64,000 nt of DNA from Eubacteriales bacterium (lineage in GTDB: Bacteria; Bacillota; Clostridia; Oscillospirales; CAG-382): contig JAZOBE010000043.1 of NCBI GenBank assembly GCA_045595785.1, positions 15,810 through 79,809 on the forward strand, in the 5' to 3' direction. The position numbers and the translations under genes are program-made. Below the pieces are notes generated by a model. That model worked only from the letters and a program-made list of their open reading frames with translations. It did not search any database and had not been told where the DNA came from. Positions 27,446 through 37,975 of this stretch are shown here, piece after piece; position 1 is the first letter of the stretch; each line of letters begins with the position of its first letter.

Positions 27446-28477
27446 TTAAGCCAGCAGGTCGCCTATAACGGCATTGGATATCCAGAATCCGTCCTCGGTA
27501 AGCCTTAGTATACCGTTATCATATTCCGCATATCCGAGCGATATGTATTTTTTTACCTTTTCTGCCTGCTCGGGACTTACCGAAACACCCTGCGCCATAC
27601 GCAGACCCAGCATTATACGCTCGGTCTCTATTTCCTCAGGGGTTATCTGTTCCATATATCCCGTGTAGTTAAAGCGGTATCCTGCCGCGTAACTGTGGCT
27701 TCCGCTTCCGCAGCCGATATATTCTCCGCCGCGCCAATAATTACAGTTGTGCCGTGATTCTTTTCCGGGCAGACAGTAATTGGATATCTCGTAGTGTATA
27801 TATCCCGCTTCCTTTAACATACGGCAAATAAGCTTGTACATGGCATATTCCGTGTTTTCATCGGGCTTTTGTACGTTTCTGGCATAGAAAAGCGTGCCGT
27901 GCTCTATGGAGAGTGGGTAAAGAGATATGTGATCGGGACGTATTTCCAGCATTTTTCTCACGTCCTCTTCCACCATTTGTATAGTCTGCCCGGGGAGTGC
28001 AAACATCAGGTCGCAGGAAATATTGTCAAACCCCGCTTTTCTTCCGTCACTTACGCATTTTACCGCATCGTCGGCATCGTGTATACGCCCCAATGTCTTA
28101 AGCATATCGTTATTAAGCGATTGCACTCCTATAGAAAGACGGTTAAATCCTGCCTCCCGCATACTGCACAAAAACTCATAATTGACGGTTTTGGGGTTTA
28201 CTTCACAGGTTACCTCTGCGCCCGACGGTATCTCAAACATTTCGTATGCATACCGTATCAGCCCCGTGAGACGGCTTATGCCGATTACGGGAGGTGTTCC
28301 TCCGCCGAAATATACCGTTTCTGCCTTGGGACGTAGTCTGGCGGCATACATCATATCGATTTTTATACGCTCGTACTCAAAATTAAGTGCGTCGTCATTA
28401 AATCTGTCACGGGATTCAAAGGCGCAGTAAGGACATTTATGCAGGCAAAAGGGAATATGAACGTATATACTACTCAT
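27446..28477 (-). CDS. hemW: radical SAM heme chaperone HemW / oxygen-independent coproporphyrinogen oxidase-like protein
   Basis: Start at [19 protein letters not shown] is the radical-SAM CxxxCxxC motif. The gene order lepA-hemW is conserved. Confidence 0.85.
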   Translation of the reverse strand: MSSIYVHIPFCLHKCPYCAFESRDRFNDDALNFEYERIKIDMMYAARLRPKAETVYFGGGTPPVIGISRLTGLIRYAYEMFEIPSGAEVTCEVNPKTVNYEFLCSMREAGFNRLSIGVQSLNNDMLKTLGRIHDADDAVKCVSDGRKAGFDNISCDLMFALPGQTIQMVEEDVRKMLEIRPDHISLYPLSIEHGTLFYARNVQKPDENTEYAMYKLICRMLKEAGYIHYEISNYCLPGKESRHNCNYWRGGEYIGCGSGSHSYAAGYRFNYTGYMEQITPEEIETERIMLGLRMAQGVSVSPEQAEKVKKYISLGYAEYDNGILRLTEDGFWISNAVIGDLLA

Positions 28478-30278
28478 CGTCCAGCTTAAGCACAGCCATA
28501 AACGCTTCCTGAGGAACCTCCACGGTACCGAAGGTACGCATACGCTTTTTGCCTTCCTTTTGCTTTTCAAGCAGCTTTTTCTTTCGTGTAATATCGCCGC
28601 CGTAGCACTTTGCAAGTACGTCCTTGCGCATTGCTTTTACTGTCTCTCGTGCGATTATTTTTCCGCCGATAGCTGCCTGAACCGGTATCTCGAACAGCTG
28701 ACGGGGAATATGGTCCTTCAACTTCTCACAGATTTTTCTCGCTCTGGCATATGCCTTGTCCGCATGAACGATAAATGACAAAGCATCAATAACGTCGCCG
28801 TTAAGCAGTATATCCAGCTTGACCAGCTTGGACTGCTGATATCCGTTAGGCTCATAATCCAAAGAAGCGTATCCTCTCGTACGGGATTTCAGCGAATCAA
28901 AGAAATCGTAAACTATCTCGTTAAGGGGCATATCGTAGTGCAGTTCTGCGCGGTCGGTATGGATGTATTTCATATCAATAAAGGTGCCGCGTCTGTCCTG
29001 ACACAATTCCATAACCGCACCTACGTATTCGGGAGGTGTTATAATGGACGCCTTTACGATAGGCTCTCTGGTAGATTCTATCTCATCCGGAGAAGGGTAG
29101 TTTGTGGGGTTATCAATAGTAACCACCTGTCCGTTTTTTAGTGTAATTTCATAAATAACGCTGGGTGCCGTGGTTATAAGGTCAAGATTAAACTCTCTTT
29201 CAAGTCTTTCCTCAATAACGTCCATATGAAGCAGACCCAAAAATCCGCATCTGAATCCGAATCCCAGCGCTATGGAAGTTTCCGGCTCAAATACAAAGGA
29301 TGCGTCGTTAAGCTGTAATTTTTCAATAGCGTCCTTCAGATCACCGTATTTTGCGCCGTCTGCGGGGTAAATACCTGCAAATACCATAGGCATCGCCTTT
29401 TTGAATCCGGGCAGGGGAGCGGGGGCAGGGTCGGAAGCAGAAACGATGGTATCGCCTACCTTGGTGTCTGCAATATTTTTAATGCTGGCGGTAAGATATC
29501 CTACCTCGCCTGCATAAAGTCTGTCTCTGGGCTCCAGAGAGAATGCAGACATGGTTCCCACTTCAACCAGCTCAAACTCTGCGCCGGTGTGGAACATCTT
29601 AACCTTGTCGCCTACGCCTATACTTCCTTCGTTAACTCGGAAATATACTATAACGCCTTTATAGGAATCATAAAAGGAATCGAATATAAGTGCCTTTAGA
29701 GGTGCGTTTACGTCTCCCGTAGGTGCAGGCACGTCTGCAACCACACGCTCAAGCACGTCTCCAATGTTTATACCCATCTTAGCGCTTATTTCGGGCGCAT
29801 TATCCGCAGGTATACCGATAATATCCTCAAGCTCCTCCTTCGCGCCCGCAATATCGGCAGAGGGAAGGTCGATCTTATTTATTACGGGTACGATCTCAAG
29901 GTCATTGTCGATAGCGAGATACGCATTGGCAAGGGTCTGCGCCTGGATACCCTGAGTAGCGTCAACGATAAGAATTGCACCCTCACACGCCTTTAATGAG
30001 CGTGATACTTCATAAGTAAAGTCAACGTGACCAGGAGTGTCAATAAGGTTCATTGAGTAGGTCTCGCCGTCTTTTGCGGTATATTCAAATCTTACTGCAC
30101 GGGCTTTAATGGTAATTCCGCGCTCTTTCTCCAGCTCCATATTATCCAGCATCTGCTCGCCAACCTCACGCGCGGAAACGGCGCGGGTATGCTCAAGCAA
30201 TCTGTCTGCCAGCGTGCTTTTACCGTGGTCTATATGAGCTACTATGGAAAAATTTCTTATTTTGTTAATATCGTACAT
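28470..30278 (-). CDS. lepA: translation elongation factor 4 (LepA)
   Basis: [21 protein letters not shown]1 motif, DTPGH, NKID, and the characteristic LepA C-terminal domain. 602 aa. Confidence 0.95.
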   Translation of the reverse strand: MYDINKIRNFSIVAHIDHGKSTLADRLLEHTRAVSAREVGEQMLDNMELEKERGITIKARAVRFEYTAKDGETYSMNLIDTPGHVDFTYEVSRSLKACEGAILIVDATQGIQAQTLANAYLAIDNDLEIVPVINKIDLPSADIAGAKEELEDIIGIPADNAPEISAKMGINIGDVLERVVADVPAPTGDVNAPLKALIFDSFYDSYKGVIVYFRVNEGSIGVGDKVKMFHTGAEFELVEVGTMSAFSLEPRDRLYAGEVGYLTASIKNIADTKVGDTIVSASDPAPAPLPGFKKAMPMVFAGIYPADGAKYGDLKDAIEKLQLNDASFVFEPETSIALGFGFRCGFLGLLHMDVIEERLEREFNLDLITTAPSVIYEITLKNGQVVTIDNPTNYPSPDEIESTREPIVKASIITPPEYVGAVMELCQDRRGTFIDMKYIHTDRAELHYDMPLNEIVYDFFDSLKSRTRGYASLDYEPNGYQQSKLVKLDILLNGDVIDALSFIVHADKAYARARKICEKLKDHIPRQLFEIPVQAAIGGKIIARETVKAMRKDVLAKCYGGDITRKKKLLEKQKEGKKRMRTFGTVEVPQEAFMAVLKLDDE

Positions 30279-30343
30279 ATTTTACTTTCCGCCTGTTTAT
30301 TATTGTCGGGGTCCCCGAGAAGCCGTAAGGCTTCTTGGGGCGA

Positions 30344-31237
30344 TTATCTGGTTCCCGTAAGAAGCATAAGCTTTCTATTGGAAAGAGAAAAAGATACTGT
30401 CTTTTGCTTTCCGCCGTCCTCACCGTCCAACGTCCACTCGGTGGAAGCCGGGATGGTAAGCTCCGCGTGTGATATTTTTCTCAAGCTTATGAGAGGGTTG
30501 TCAAAGTTGGACTGCATTATATCGCCTATCAGCTCCATCATTTCCTGTCCTGTCTTAGGCGCGGCGATAAGGCACAATTCAAATAATCCGTCGTTAAACA
30601 GAACCATACCTCGGTCCAGCTGTATCAGTCCGCCGACGCTTGTGGAGTTTGACAGCGAGCAGAAAAGATATTCTCCGTCAAAGCTGCCTCTGTCCGTAGT
30701 TCCGGAAATGCGTATCTTTTGTATCTCTGATACGGATTTAATACCCTCCAACACGTATGCAAGATGACCCATAGCGTTTTTCATGGATTGGCTGGTGGCA
30801 TAAGACACCTTGGTAAATGCACCAGTTGCCGCGATGTAGGTGAAATATCTGTCATTAAACATACCAACGTCATACTTGCGGGGGATAAACATTGATATAG
30901 TCTCTGCCGCTTCCTTGTGGTTTGTGGGAATTCCCAAGGATTTCGCCATATCGTTGGTGCTTCCCGTAGGAATGTAGCCGACCGGAATATTCTTTTCACC
31001 CATCATAACACCGTTGACTACCTCGGAAAGCGTTCCGTCGCCGCCGATAGCGACCACAGCTTCGTATTCCTCGCATGCATCTCTTGCAGTAGAAATTGTC
31101 GATGCTTTGTTTTTAGTCAGATAAACGGTGCAAAGAAACCCGTTTCTTGATAAAATATCTATAACGTCCGAAAGAATAGCCTTTGCACGGCCCATTCCGG
31201 AATGAAAATTAACTATTAACAATGCTTTTTTGGGCAT
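30344..31237 (-). CDS. diacylglycerol/lipid kinase family protein (YegS/DagK-like)
   Basis: GGDGTLSEVVNG motif. Start taken at MPKKALLIVN, which has an SD. Confidence 0.8.
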   Translation of the reverse strand: MPKKALLIVNFHSGMGRAKAILSDVIDILSRNGFLCTVYLTKNKASTISTARDACEEYEAVVAIGGDGTLSEVVNGVMMGEKNIPVGYIPTGSTNDMAKSLGIPTNHKEAAETISMFIPRKYDVGMFNDRYFTYIAATGAFTKVSYATSQSMKNAMGHLAYVLEGIKSVSEIQKIRISGTTDRGSFDGEYLFCSLSNSTSVGGLIQLDRGMVLFNDGLFELCLIAAPKTGQEMMELIGDIMQSNFDNPLISLRKISHAELTIPASTEWTLDGEDGGKQKTVSFSLSNRKLMLLTGTR

Positions 31238-31342
31238 ATATGGAAGCCTCCGTTTCAAAAGTTATTGTACCACAAATAATTTTGTATTGCAATATTAAAC
31301 ATCATGTGTTAAAATTATTTTGTATAGGCAGGAGTGTGAAAA

Positions 31343-33673
31343 ATGAAAAAACAAGTTTCTTTTGTACTGGCATTGATACTGTTGGTGTTATGTTTTGTCC
31401 CTTGCTTTGAGGTACCTGCTTCTGCAGAGGGATTCGCTTATCCTTCTCAGCTGAACGGGGTAAATAACGTAATGCTCATGTATACCTTCGGTCAGCAAGG
31501 TGCCGTTTCCGGCAGGCATACTGTGGAGACACTGCTTCCTTATGTTGGCTATTACAACACAGATGGCCGGTTAAAGGATATATTTTTTGATTCGTTTTTA
31601 ATTCTGCCTTGTGTTTCTACCGGTCCTTCCGGCGGAACTATGTATATAAGCAAAAATCCTGCTGTCGCCTCTGATTGGCAAGCTTACAGGGACGATATTT
31701 TTGCGGATGATTATAATCTCGATGCACTTAATACCGCTGTCGGTCAGGTGAAAAAACAGCTTGGTATGAGTGATTATAAGGCGAAGGTATTTTTCACCGT
31801 GTCTTATCCCAACGAGGGACAAACGAACTTTGGTTCAATTGGCGGCAGAAATTATGATTTTTCTGTTTTGCAGGACAGAATAGATTACTGCAAGTGGCAG
31901 ATAGACGATTACCTTGCTCGTTTTGAAAAAGGTGATTACGAAAACCTTGAAATCGTAGGATTTTATTGGTTTGAGGAATTTATAAATCTTAACTCGTCAA
32001 CCGAAAAGACTCTTCTTACGTCAGTCACCTCATATATCCGCCAAATAGGATATAAATCCATTTGGATACCTTACTATATGGCAAGCGGCTGGAACAAATG
32101 GAAGGAATACGGAATTGACGTTGCCTGTCTCCAGCCCAACTATATGTTTAATTATGATGCAGCGAACACCCGCGTAAAGGAAGCTGTTGAAAACGCGAAA
32201 AAGCACGATATGTGTAACGAGGTCGAGATAAGCGGAAGCGTTTTTACCTCTGCCGAGTATTATAACAGATATCTTACATACTTGCGGGACTTTACCGCTT
32301 ACGGCGCTATTGACGCCATTAAAATGTATTATCAGGATGTAAAGTTTTATTACGAATGTTACCGCTCCGAAATGCCGGAAAAACGTGTTCTTTACGATCT
32401 TACTTATAAATATGCCAAGGGCACACTTAAAGAGTCCGATCTGGAAGATAAATATCTTGAATCTTCCGGAGTTTCTCAAAAATATGACGTTGTCTCATAC
32501 GGATGCTATTATACCGCTACCAAGCCGTATACCAATACTACTCTGGAATACGCCAATGTGGACGGCAAGGAGCTTACCGACGGAAGGTACGCCATGACCA
32601 ATTACGGTACTGAGTGGCATGCTTTTTACAGACCTTATGCAGATAGAGACGGCAATCTGAGTATCACCCTTGATCTGGGCAGTTATTACGATAATCTTGA
32701 GTATATCTATTTGGAATTCCGTGATGATGCAAAGGCGTCCATTGGTGTTCCCGCGAAAGTAGATTTTTACGTTTCTTCCGACGGAGTGAATTTTTCTCCT
32801 CTCAGTACCGTAACTCCGGCAGGTCCCGTTATCGGTGAGATTGCCGCAAGATATGAGGACGGCACTTTTGGCGCCCGTTACATAAAGGCAGTATTTCCTT
32901 ATAATCCCGATCGAGTTTTTGTCTTTGCCTCTGAAATAGCGGTAGGTGCAAGTAAGTTTGATAAATCCTTGGGCGAGGGGTACGATATTATCTCTAAAGG
33001 TTGTCCTTATACTGCTTTTGAACCGTATACAAATACTGCCGAGTGGAATGCACCTTATATGCAGATAGACGGCAAAGAACTCACCGACGGCATATTGGGT
33101 TCCTCTCCTCACGGTACAGAATGGCACGATATGCATGCCAGCGCTCTTAAAGAGGGAGAAAAGTTTTTTGTTAATATAGATCTCGGCTCGGTACGGAATA
33201 ATATTTCCTACATAGGCATGCAGTTTGGTAACGACCCATCCAGCGGAATAGCCAAGCCGGGTAACGTTACCTATTACCTGTCTGAAGACGGTGTTAATTA
33301 TACCCAAGCAGGCACAGTGGCAGTGCGGTTGGGAACCGACGGATATGGCTACGGAGTTTTGATTTCCGCCGACCCTTTGTCCGCACGGTACGTCAAAGCC
33401 GAGTTTGCATCCGGAAAATCGGTACACAATTTTGTTTCCGAAATGTCTGTAGGTGTGAACAAAAAAACGCAAGGCGAATATACTCTCGGAGATGTCAATC
33501 TGTCCGGAAGTATTGAGATAGCAGATTATTTATCGGCAAAACGTATTGCGGCGGGTAATCTAAATGCAACGGATACCGCATTATCTGCCGCTGATATTGA
33601 CTGCGATGGCAAGATTACCGAATCCGATTGTATCAAGATAAAGCAGCTTTTTTTGAAATCACGCGGTTTTTAG
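31343..33673 (+). CDS. secreted dockerin-containing protein: TIM-barrel-like N-terminal domain (DUF4855-like, from memory), two discoidin (F5/8 type C)-like modules, C-terminal type I dockerin
   Basis: Signal peptide. Two modules end in ...RYIKAVF...ASEIAV and ...RYVKAEF...VSEMSV. The dockerin duplicated Ca-loop segments are GDVNLSGSIEIAD and ADIDCDGKITESD. Confidence 0.75.
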   Translation: MKKQVSFVLALILLVLCFVPCFEVPASAEGFAYPSQLNGVNNVMLMYTFGQQGAVSGRHTVETLLPYVGYYNTDGRLKDIFFDSFLILPCVSTGPSGGTMYISKNPAVASDWQAYRDDIFADDYNLDALNTAVGQVKKQLGMSDYKAKVFFTVSYPNEGQTNFGSIGGRNYDFSVLQDRIDYCKWQIDDYLARFEKGDYENLEIVGFYWFEEFINLNSSTEKTLLTSVTSYIRQIGYKSIWIPYYMASGWNKWKEYGIDVACLQPNYMFNYDAANTRVKEAVENAKKHDMCNEVEISGSVFTSAEYYNRYLTYLRDFTAYGAIDAIKMYYQDVKFYYECYRSEMPEKRVLYDLTYKYAKGTLKESDLEDKYLESSGVSQKYDVVSYGCYYTATKPYTNTTLEYANVDGKELTDGRYAMTNYGTEWHAFYRPYADRDGNLSITLDLGSYYDNLEYIYLEFRDDAKASIGVPAKVDFYVSSDGVNFSPLSTVTPAGPVIGEIAARYEDGTFGARYIKAVFPYNPDRVFVFASEIAVGASKFDKSLGEGYDIISKGCPYTAFEPYTNTAEWNAPYMQIDGKELTDGILGSSPHGTEWHDMHASALKEGEKFFVNIDLGSVRNNISYIGMQFGNDPSSGIAKPGNVTYYLSEDGVNYTQAGTVAVRLGTDGYGYGVLISADPLSARYVKAEFASGKSVHNFVSEMSVGVNKKTQGEYTLGDVNLSGSIEIADYLSAKRIAAGNLNATDTALSAADIDCDGKITESDCIKIKQLFLKSRGF

Positions 33674-33698
33674 CGTTTTTTAACGAGGAAGGTAAAAT

Positions 33699-35495
33699 AT
33701 GGACGCATTTGATTTTATTACGTTATTGGGCGGTCTCGCAATGTTCCTTTACGGAATGGAGATCATGAGCGACGGACTTAAAAAATCCACCGGCAGTGCG
33801 CTTAAAAACGTACTGGGTAAGCTTACTCACACCGTTGTTCTGGGCTTTTTGACGGGCGCTGCGGTTACTGCGGTAATTCAGTCATCAACGGCAACCATCG
33901 TGCTTACCGTCGGTCTTATTTCTGCCGGAATACTTAACCTTAAGCAGGCTGCAGGTATCGTTATGGGCGCCAACGTAGGCACTACCGTTACTGCACAACT
34001 TATAAGACTTATGGATATTGATTCCTCCGGCGGTTTCTGGCTAAAGATATTTAAGCCCGATACTTTGGCTCCCGTTGCGCTTGTGGTCGGTATCGTGCTT
34101 ATAATGTTTACCAAATCCAGCAAATTCAAAAACTCCGGTGAAATTTTCGCAGGATTCGGCGTTTTGTTTATCGGTCTTATGAATATGACCGGTGCTGTTG
34201 AAGGTCTTGAGGATTCTCAGTTCTTTGTTGATATGATCACAAAGGTTACCGATATCCCTGCGCTCAGCATTTTAGTCGGTCTAGTTATAACCGTTATAAT
34301 CCAGTCTTCGTCTGCTACCGTAGGTATTTTGCAGGCACTGTCCTCTACCGGCACTCTTACCTTCTCTCTTGTATACCCTATGATAATGGGTATCAACATC
34401 GGTACCTGTGTTACCACGGCAATGGTATGCTCTATCGGAAGCAATAAGGATGCAAAGCGTATCGGTATCATTCATATCGTATTTAACGTAATCGGTACTA
34501 TTCTCTTTATGATAGCAATATCTATTCTCCGTGCGTGCGGCGTTTGGCCTGAGCTTTGGGAGTCTGTTTCCAATAGCGGTGATATTGCTAACTTCCAGTC
34601 TATTTTCAATATTGCCACAGCACTCGTTCTGCTTCCTTTCGCAGGATTGCTGGTTAAGCTCAGCACCAAGATTATTAAGGACGACCCTGTTAAGGATGAT
34701 ATCAAGCCCTTCCGCGTACTGGACGAAAAGCTGTTCATCTCTCCCGATATCGCTGTTGCAGAGGCTGAGAAGGCTATCGGTGAAATGGGCAGAATGGCGG
34801 CAAATAACCTTTCTCTGTCTTTTGAGCTGTTCGGAAAATACTCCGAAGAAAACGCCGAAAAGATTCGTGCAAGGGAAGACCGTATCGACGAGTTTACCGA
34901 TACTTGCGATAACTTCTTAGTTCGCCTTTCCAAGCATGCAAAATCCGGCAGCCAGACCCGTGCAATCAACCGCCTTATGCAGACAAACACTAATTTTGAG
35001 CGTATAGGCGACTATGCTACAGATATCCTTGAATACGCAGAAGAAATGAAACGAGAGGGAACCTCCTTCTCCGCAGGTGCGGCGAAAGAACTTGCTCTTA
35101 TGTGCTCTGCTGTTGAGGAAATAGTTGATCTTACCGTTTCCGCCGTAGAAAGCGGTGACTTGTCCCTTGCAGAAAAGGTTGAGCCCCTTGAGGAAACTAT
35201 CGACGATATGATAGCACTGCTTAAGGACCGCCATATCGAGCGTCTGAAGGCAGGCACTTGCGTTGTCAGTGCAGGACTTTCCTTTGTGGAAACTCTTACT
35301 TATCTTGAGCGTTCCGCAGACCAATGCTCATCTATTGCACTTTTGCTTCTTGCAAGAGAAAACCCCGAAATTATGTCTAACCATCATCAATATCTCCGCG
35401 AACTGCACAAGGGTGCCAAGCGTGAGTATACTGACGAGCTTAACCGCCGTCACCAGCAGTATATGGTTCCTCTGCTGGAAATCACCGCACAGTAG
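33699..35495 (+). CDS. Na/Pi cotransporter family protein with C-terminal PhoU-like domain
   Basis: N-terminal LLGGLAMFLYGMEIMSDGLK and duplicated QSSSAT motifs, followed by a soluble helical C-terminal half. Confidence 0.8.
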   Translation: MDAFDFITLLGGLAMFLYGMEIMSDGLKKSTGSALKNVLGKLTHTVVLGFLTGAAVTAVIQSSTATIVLTVGLISAGILNLKQAAGIVMGANVGTTVTAQLIRLMDIDSSGGFWLKIFKPDTLAPVALVVGIVLIMFTKSSKFKNSGEIFAGFGVLFIGLMNMTGAVEGLEDSQFFVDMITKVTDIPALSILVGLVITVIIQSSSATVGILQALSSTGTLTFSLVYPMIMGINIGTCVTTAMVCSIGSNKDAKRIGIIHIVFNVIGTILFMIAISILRACGVWPELWESVSNSGDIANFQSIFNIATALVLLPFAGLLVKLSTKIIKDDPVKDDIKPFRVLDEKLFISPDIAVAEAEKAIGEMGRMAANNLSLSFELFGKYSEENAEKIRAREDRIDEFTDTCDNFLVRLSKHAKSGSQTRAINRLMQTNTNFERIGDYATDILEYAEEMKREGTSFSAGAAKELALMCSAVEEIVDLTVSAVESGDLSLAEKVEPLEETIDDMIALLKDRHIERLKAGTCVVSAGLSFVETLTYLERSADQCSSIALLLLARENPEIMSNHHQYLRELHKGAKREYTDELNRRHQQYMVPLLEITAQ

Positions 35496-35571
35496 ACCCA
35501 AAAACAAGTCATTGACATAATGCTGCGAACATAGTAAAATATATTCATCAAAACCGCAAAGGAGAATTTTA

Positions 35572-36390
35572 ATGAAAAAATTAATTATTTTTGCACTTGT
35601 TCTTACTCTTGCACTTTCTTCGCTTTGTCTTTCCGCTTTTGCGAAAGGGGAGACAAACTACGCTTCGGGCATAACCGTCGACAGTCCTGCTTATCTTGAA
35701 AAGTACAATGGTAATCTTACCGACGGACAGATAGGCGGCAACGCATACGATAATCTTTGGGCGGGCTTTTATCACAACGAAGACAATGCCGATAATAACT
35801 ATGACGGTGTTTCAGGTGTTGTTGTAGTGGATTTTGGCGAAAAGAAAAACGCTATTGATTCTATTGAAGCTCACATCTGGGATGCGCAAGGCACTTCCGG
35901 AATTGGTTCTCCCGAGTCTATTAAGGCGTATGCTTCCGTAGACGGCGAGAATTACGCTTATCTGGGCGATCTTACCTTTGGCGCAGAAACCATAGATTGG
36001 GCTACTCTTACTCTTGAAACTCCCGTAAACGCGCAGTATATCAAGTATGAGTTCGTAAAGGGCTCCGGCGACGGTGTGTTCATGTTCGTTTCTGAGCTGG
36101 CTGTATACGGCACTCCCGACGGCACTGGCACCGATGCTTCTGAGCTTGTCGGTGATACCGAGCCCGAGGTATCCGTTGTTCCCGATGATGAATCTGCTCC
36201 TGCTGACGAATCCGTTCCCGCAGATGAGTCAAAGCCCGCAACCGAATCTGCTCCCGCAGACGATTCCTCTGCATCCGATCCCACACCCGAACCCGAAAAC
36301 AACAATACCGTTCTCTGGGTAGTTCTCGGAATTGTAGCGGCAGTCGTTATCGTTGTTATCATAGTTGCAGTTTCCAAGAAAAAGAAATAA
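35572..36390 (+). CDS. surface protein with a discoidin-like domain, acidic P/E/S linker and C-terminal membrane tail
   Basis: Signal peptide. AQYIKYEF...FVSELAVYG. Repeated (E/D)S(A/V)PAD linker. The tail reads TPEPENNN, then a hydrophobic stretch, then KKKK. Confidence 0.7.
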   Translation: MKKLIIFALVLTLALSSLCLSAFAKGETNYASGITVDSPAYLEKYNGNLTDGQIGGNAYDNLWAGFYHNEDNADNNYDGVSGVVVVDFGEKKNAIDSIEAHIWDAQGTSGIGSPESIKAYASVDGENYAYLGDLTFGAETIDWATLTLETPVNAQYIKYEFVKGSGDGVFMFVSELAVYGTPDGTGTDASELVGDTEPEVSVVPDDESAPADESVPADESKPATESAPADDSSASDPTPEPENNNTVLWVVLGIVAAVVIVVIIVAVSKKKK

Positions 36391-36420
36391 ACCTTATTGG
36401 CGTCATGTATTGACCCGCCA

Positions 36421-36460
36421 CACCCCGACTGACGCAATTTTAGTCGGGGTGCAGTTTTTT
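36421..36460 (+). terminator. rho-independent terminator
   Basis: caccccgact ... agtcggggtg hairpin followed by cagtttttt. Confidence 0.75.
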
Positions 36461-36493
36461 AGTTTTAGAATCAGCCTGATAGGAGCGTGCTTT

Positions 36494-37909
36494 ATGGAAA
36501 AGAATACCGATACTTCAGCTCAGATACACAAAATGCCTGATGGCAGTGTTTTTCACGGGACGCTTAAATATAACAAAAAAGAAGGATTTGGCTTTTGGAA
36601 AATGGCAGACGGTTGCTTTTACAGGGGAGAGTTTGCTAATGACCTTCCAAACGGAAAAGGCGAAGTATATTTTCCAAACGGCAATTATTATAATGGCGAA
36701 ATAGTTGATAACTTATTGTGTGGATATGGCGTTATGACATACGCTAACGGCACGAAATATGAAGGATATTTTGAACAAGGTCGTTTTAGTGGGATGGGAG
36801 TTCAAACATATCCTGACGGTTCGAAATACGACGGTTGGTGGCGTTACGGCCAAAAGAACGGCAGAGGCGTCATTACATGGCGTGACGGAACCAAAGTTGA
36901 AGCCATATTTGAAGACGATTTTCCGGCAAGTGAAATTAAGTTTTCATATTTTGACGGCGCCATTTATGAAGGCGAAATGCGCCGTGGACAAAAGCACGGT
37001 AAAGGCAAGTTCACATACCCAGATGGAAGTATATATGAAGGTGACTTCAAAAAGGATAAAATTCACGGTAATGGTGTGCTTAACATGCGAGGTAAGCGCG
37101 AAGGCGGTAATCGTTATGAAGGGCATTTCCGCAACGATTTGAAGTGGGGAAAAGGCATTATGCGTTATGCCTATTTGCTGCGCTATGATGGGTATTGGAA
37201 AAATAATCTTCGTCATGGATTTGGTGTTTTGACTTGGCCCAACGGTGCCAAATACAAAGGCTGGTTTTATAAAGAATGGGCTTATGGTCCCGGATTATTT
37301 GTCGATCCAAATGGTAAAAAACACTTTGGATGGTGGAAAAACGGTATAAGAACTTGCTTTGGCAATAGATTGAATATGGATTCGCACTGGAAAATTGATG
37401 GTTATGCAGAGCGGCAGATCATTAATAGAAAAGGTGCCAAAGTTTATTTTAAAGGCGAACTCATTGGGGGCGCCCCTTGGGGAAAGGGTAAACTTACCGC
37501 CGATAACGGGTGGTGTTTTGAAGGCGATTTTATCAACGGCTTACCAAATGGTTATGGTAAGATTGTGAGTCCGGGCAAGAGCGTTTACGTTGGCGAAGTA
37601 AAGGATGGTAGGCGTAACGGTTACGGAGCAGTTGATTATGAATGTGGTCATCATTACGAGGGCCACTTTGTGGACGATAAGGGTCACGGACACGGTGTAT
37701 TCCTTACCAAAGACGGCGATCGGTACGAAGGCGAATTTTATAAAGGTTCTTGTTCAGGTCGTATGATTTTTGATGGTGCTGACGGGTCTCATTATGAAGG
37801 GTATTTGGATGATGATGATAAACCGCACGGCGAGGGTGTCCGTATTTTACTTGACGGAACCGTACAGGAAGGTATGTTCGAGCATGGTGAGTTTGTCGGT
37901 CCAAAGTAA
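36494..37909 (+). CDS. MORN-repeat protein
   Basis: Start at MEKNTD (SD AGGAG). About 20 consecutive YxGxxxxxxxxGxGxxxxxxG units are visible throughout. No signal peptide. Confidence 0.8.
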   Translation: MEKNTDTSAQIHKMPDGSVFHGTLKYNKKEGFGFWKMADGCFYRGEFANDLPNGKGEVYFPNGNYYNGEIVDNLLCGYGVMTYANGTKYEGYFEQGRFSGMGVQTYPDGSKYDGWWRYGQKNGRGVITWRDGTKVEAIFEDDFPASEIKFSYFDGAIYEGEMRRGQKHGKGKFTYPDGSIYEGDFKKDKIHGNGVLNMRGKREGGNRYEGHFRNDLKWGKGIMRYAYLLRYDGYWKNNLRHGFGVLTWPNGAKYKGWFYKEWAYGPGLFVDPNGKKHFGWWKNGIRTCFGNRLNMDSHWKIDGYAERQIINRKGAKVYFKGELIGGAPWGKGKLTADNGWCFEGDFINGLPNGYGKIVSPGKSVYVGEVKDGRRNGYGAVDYECGHHYEGHFVDDKGHGHGVFLTKDGDRYEGEFYKGSCSGRMIFDGADGSHYEGYLDDDDKPHGEGVRILLDGTVQEGMFEHGEFVGPK

Positions 37910-37932
37910 AAAAATCAAATAGCCAAAACAAT

Positions 37933-37962
37933 AAAAACCGGCTTTAACAGCCGGTTTTTTGT
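37933..37962. terminator. bidirectional terminator
   Basis: aaaaaccggct ttaac agccggtttttt lies between convergent genes. Confidence 0.75.
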
Positions 37963-37975
37963 TTCTTATTTTGGT

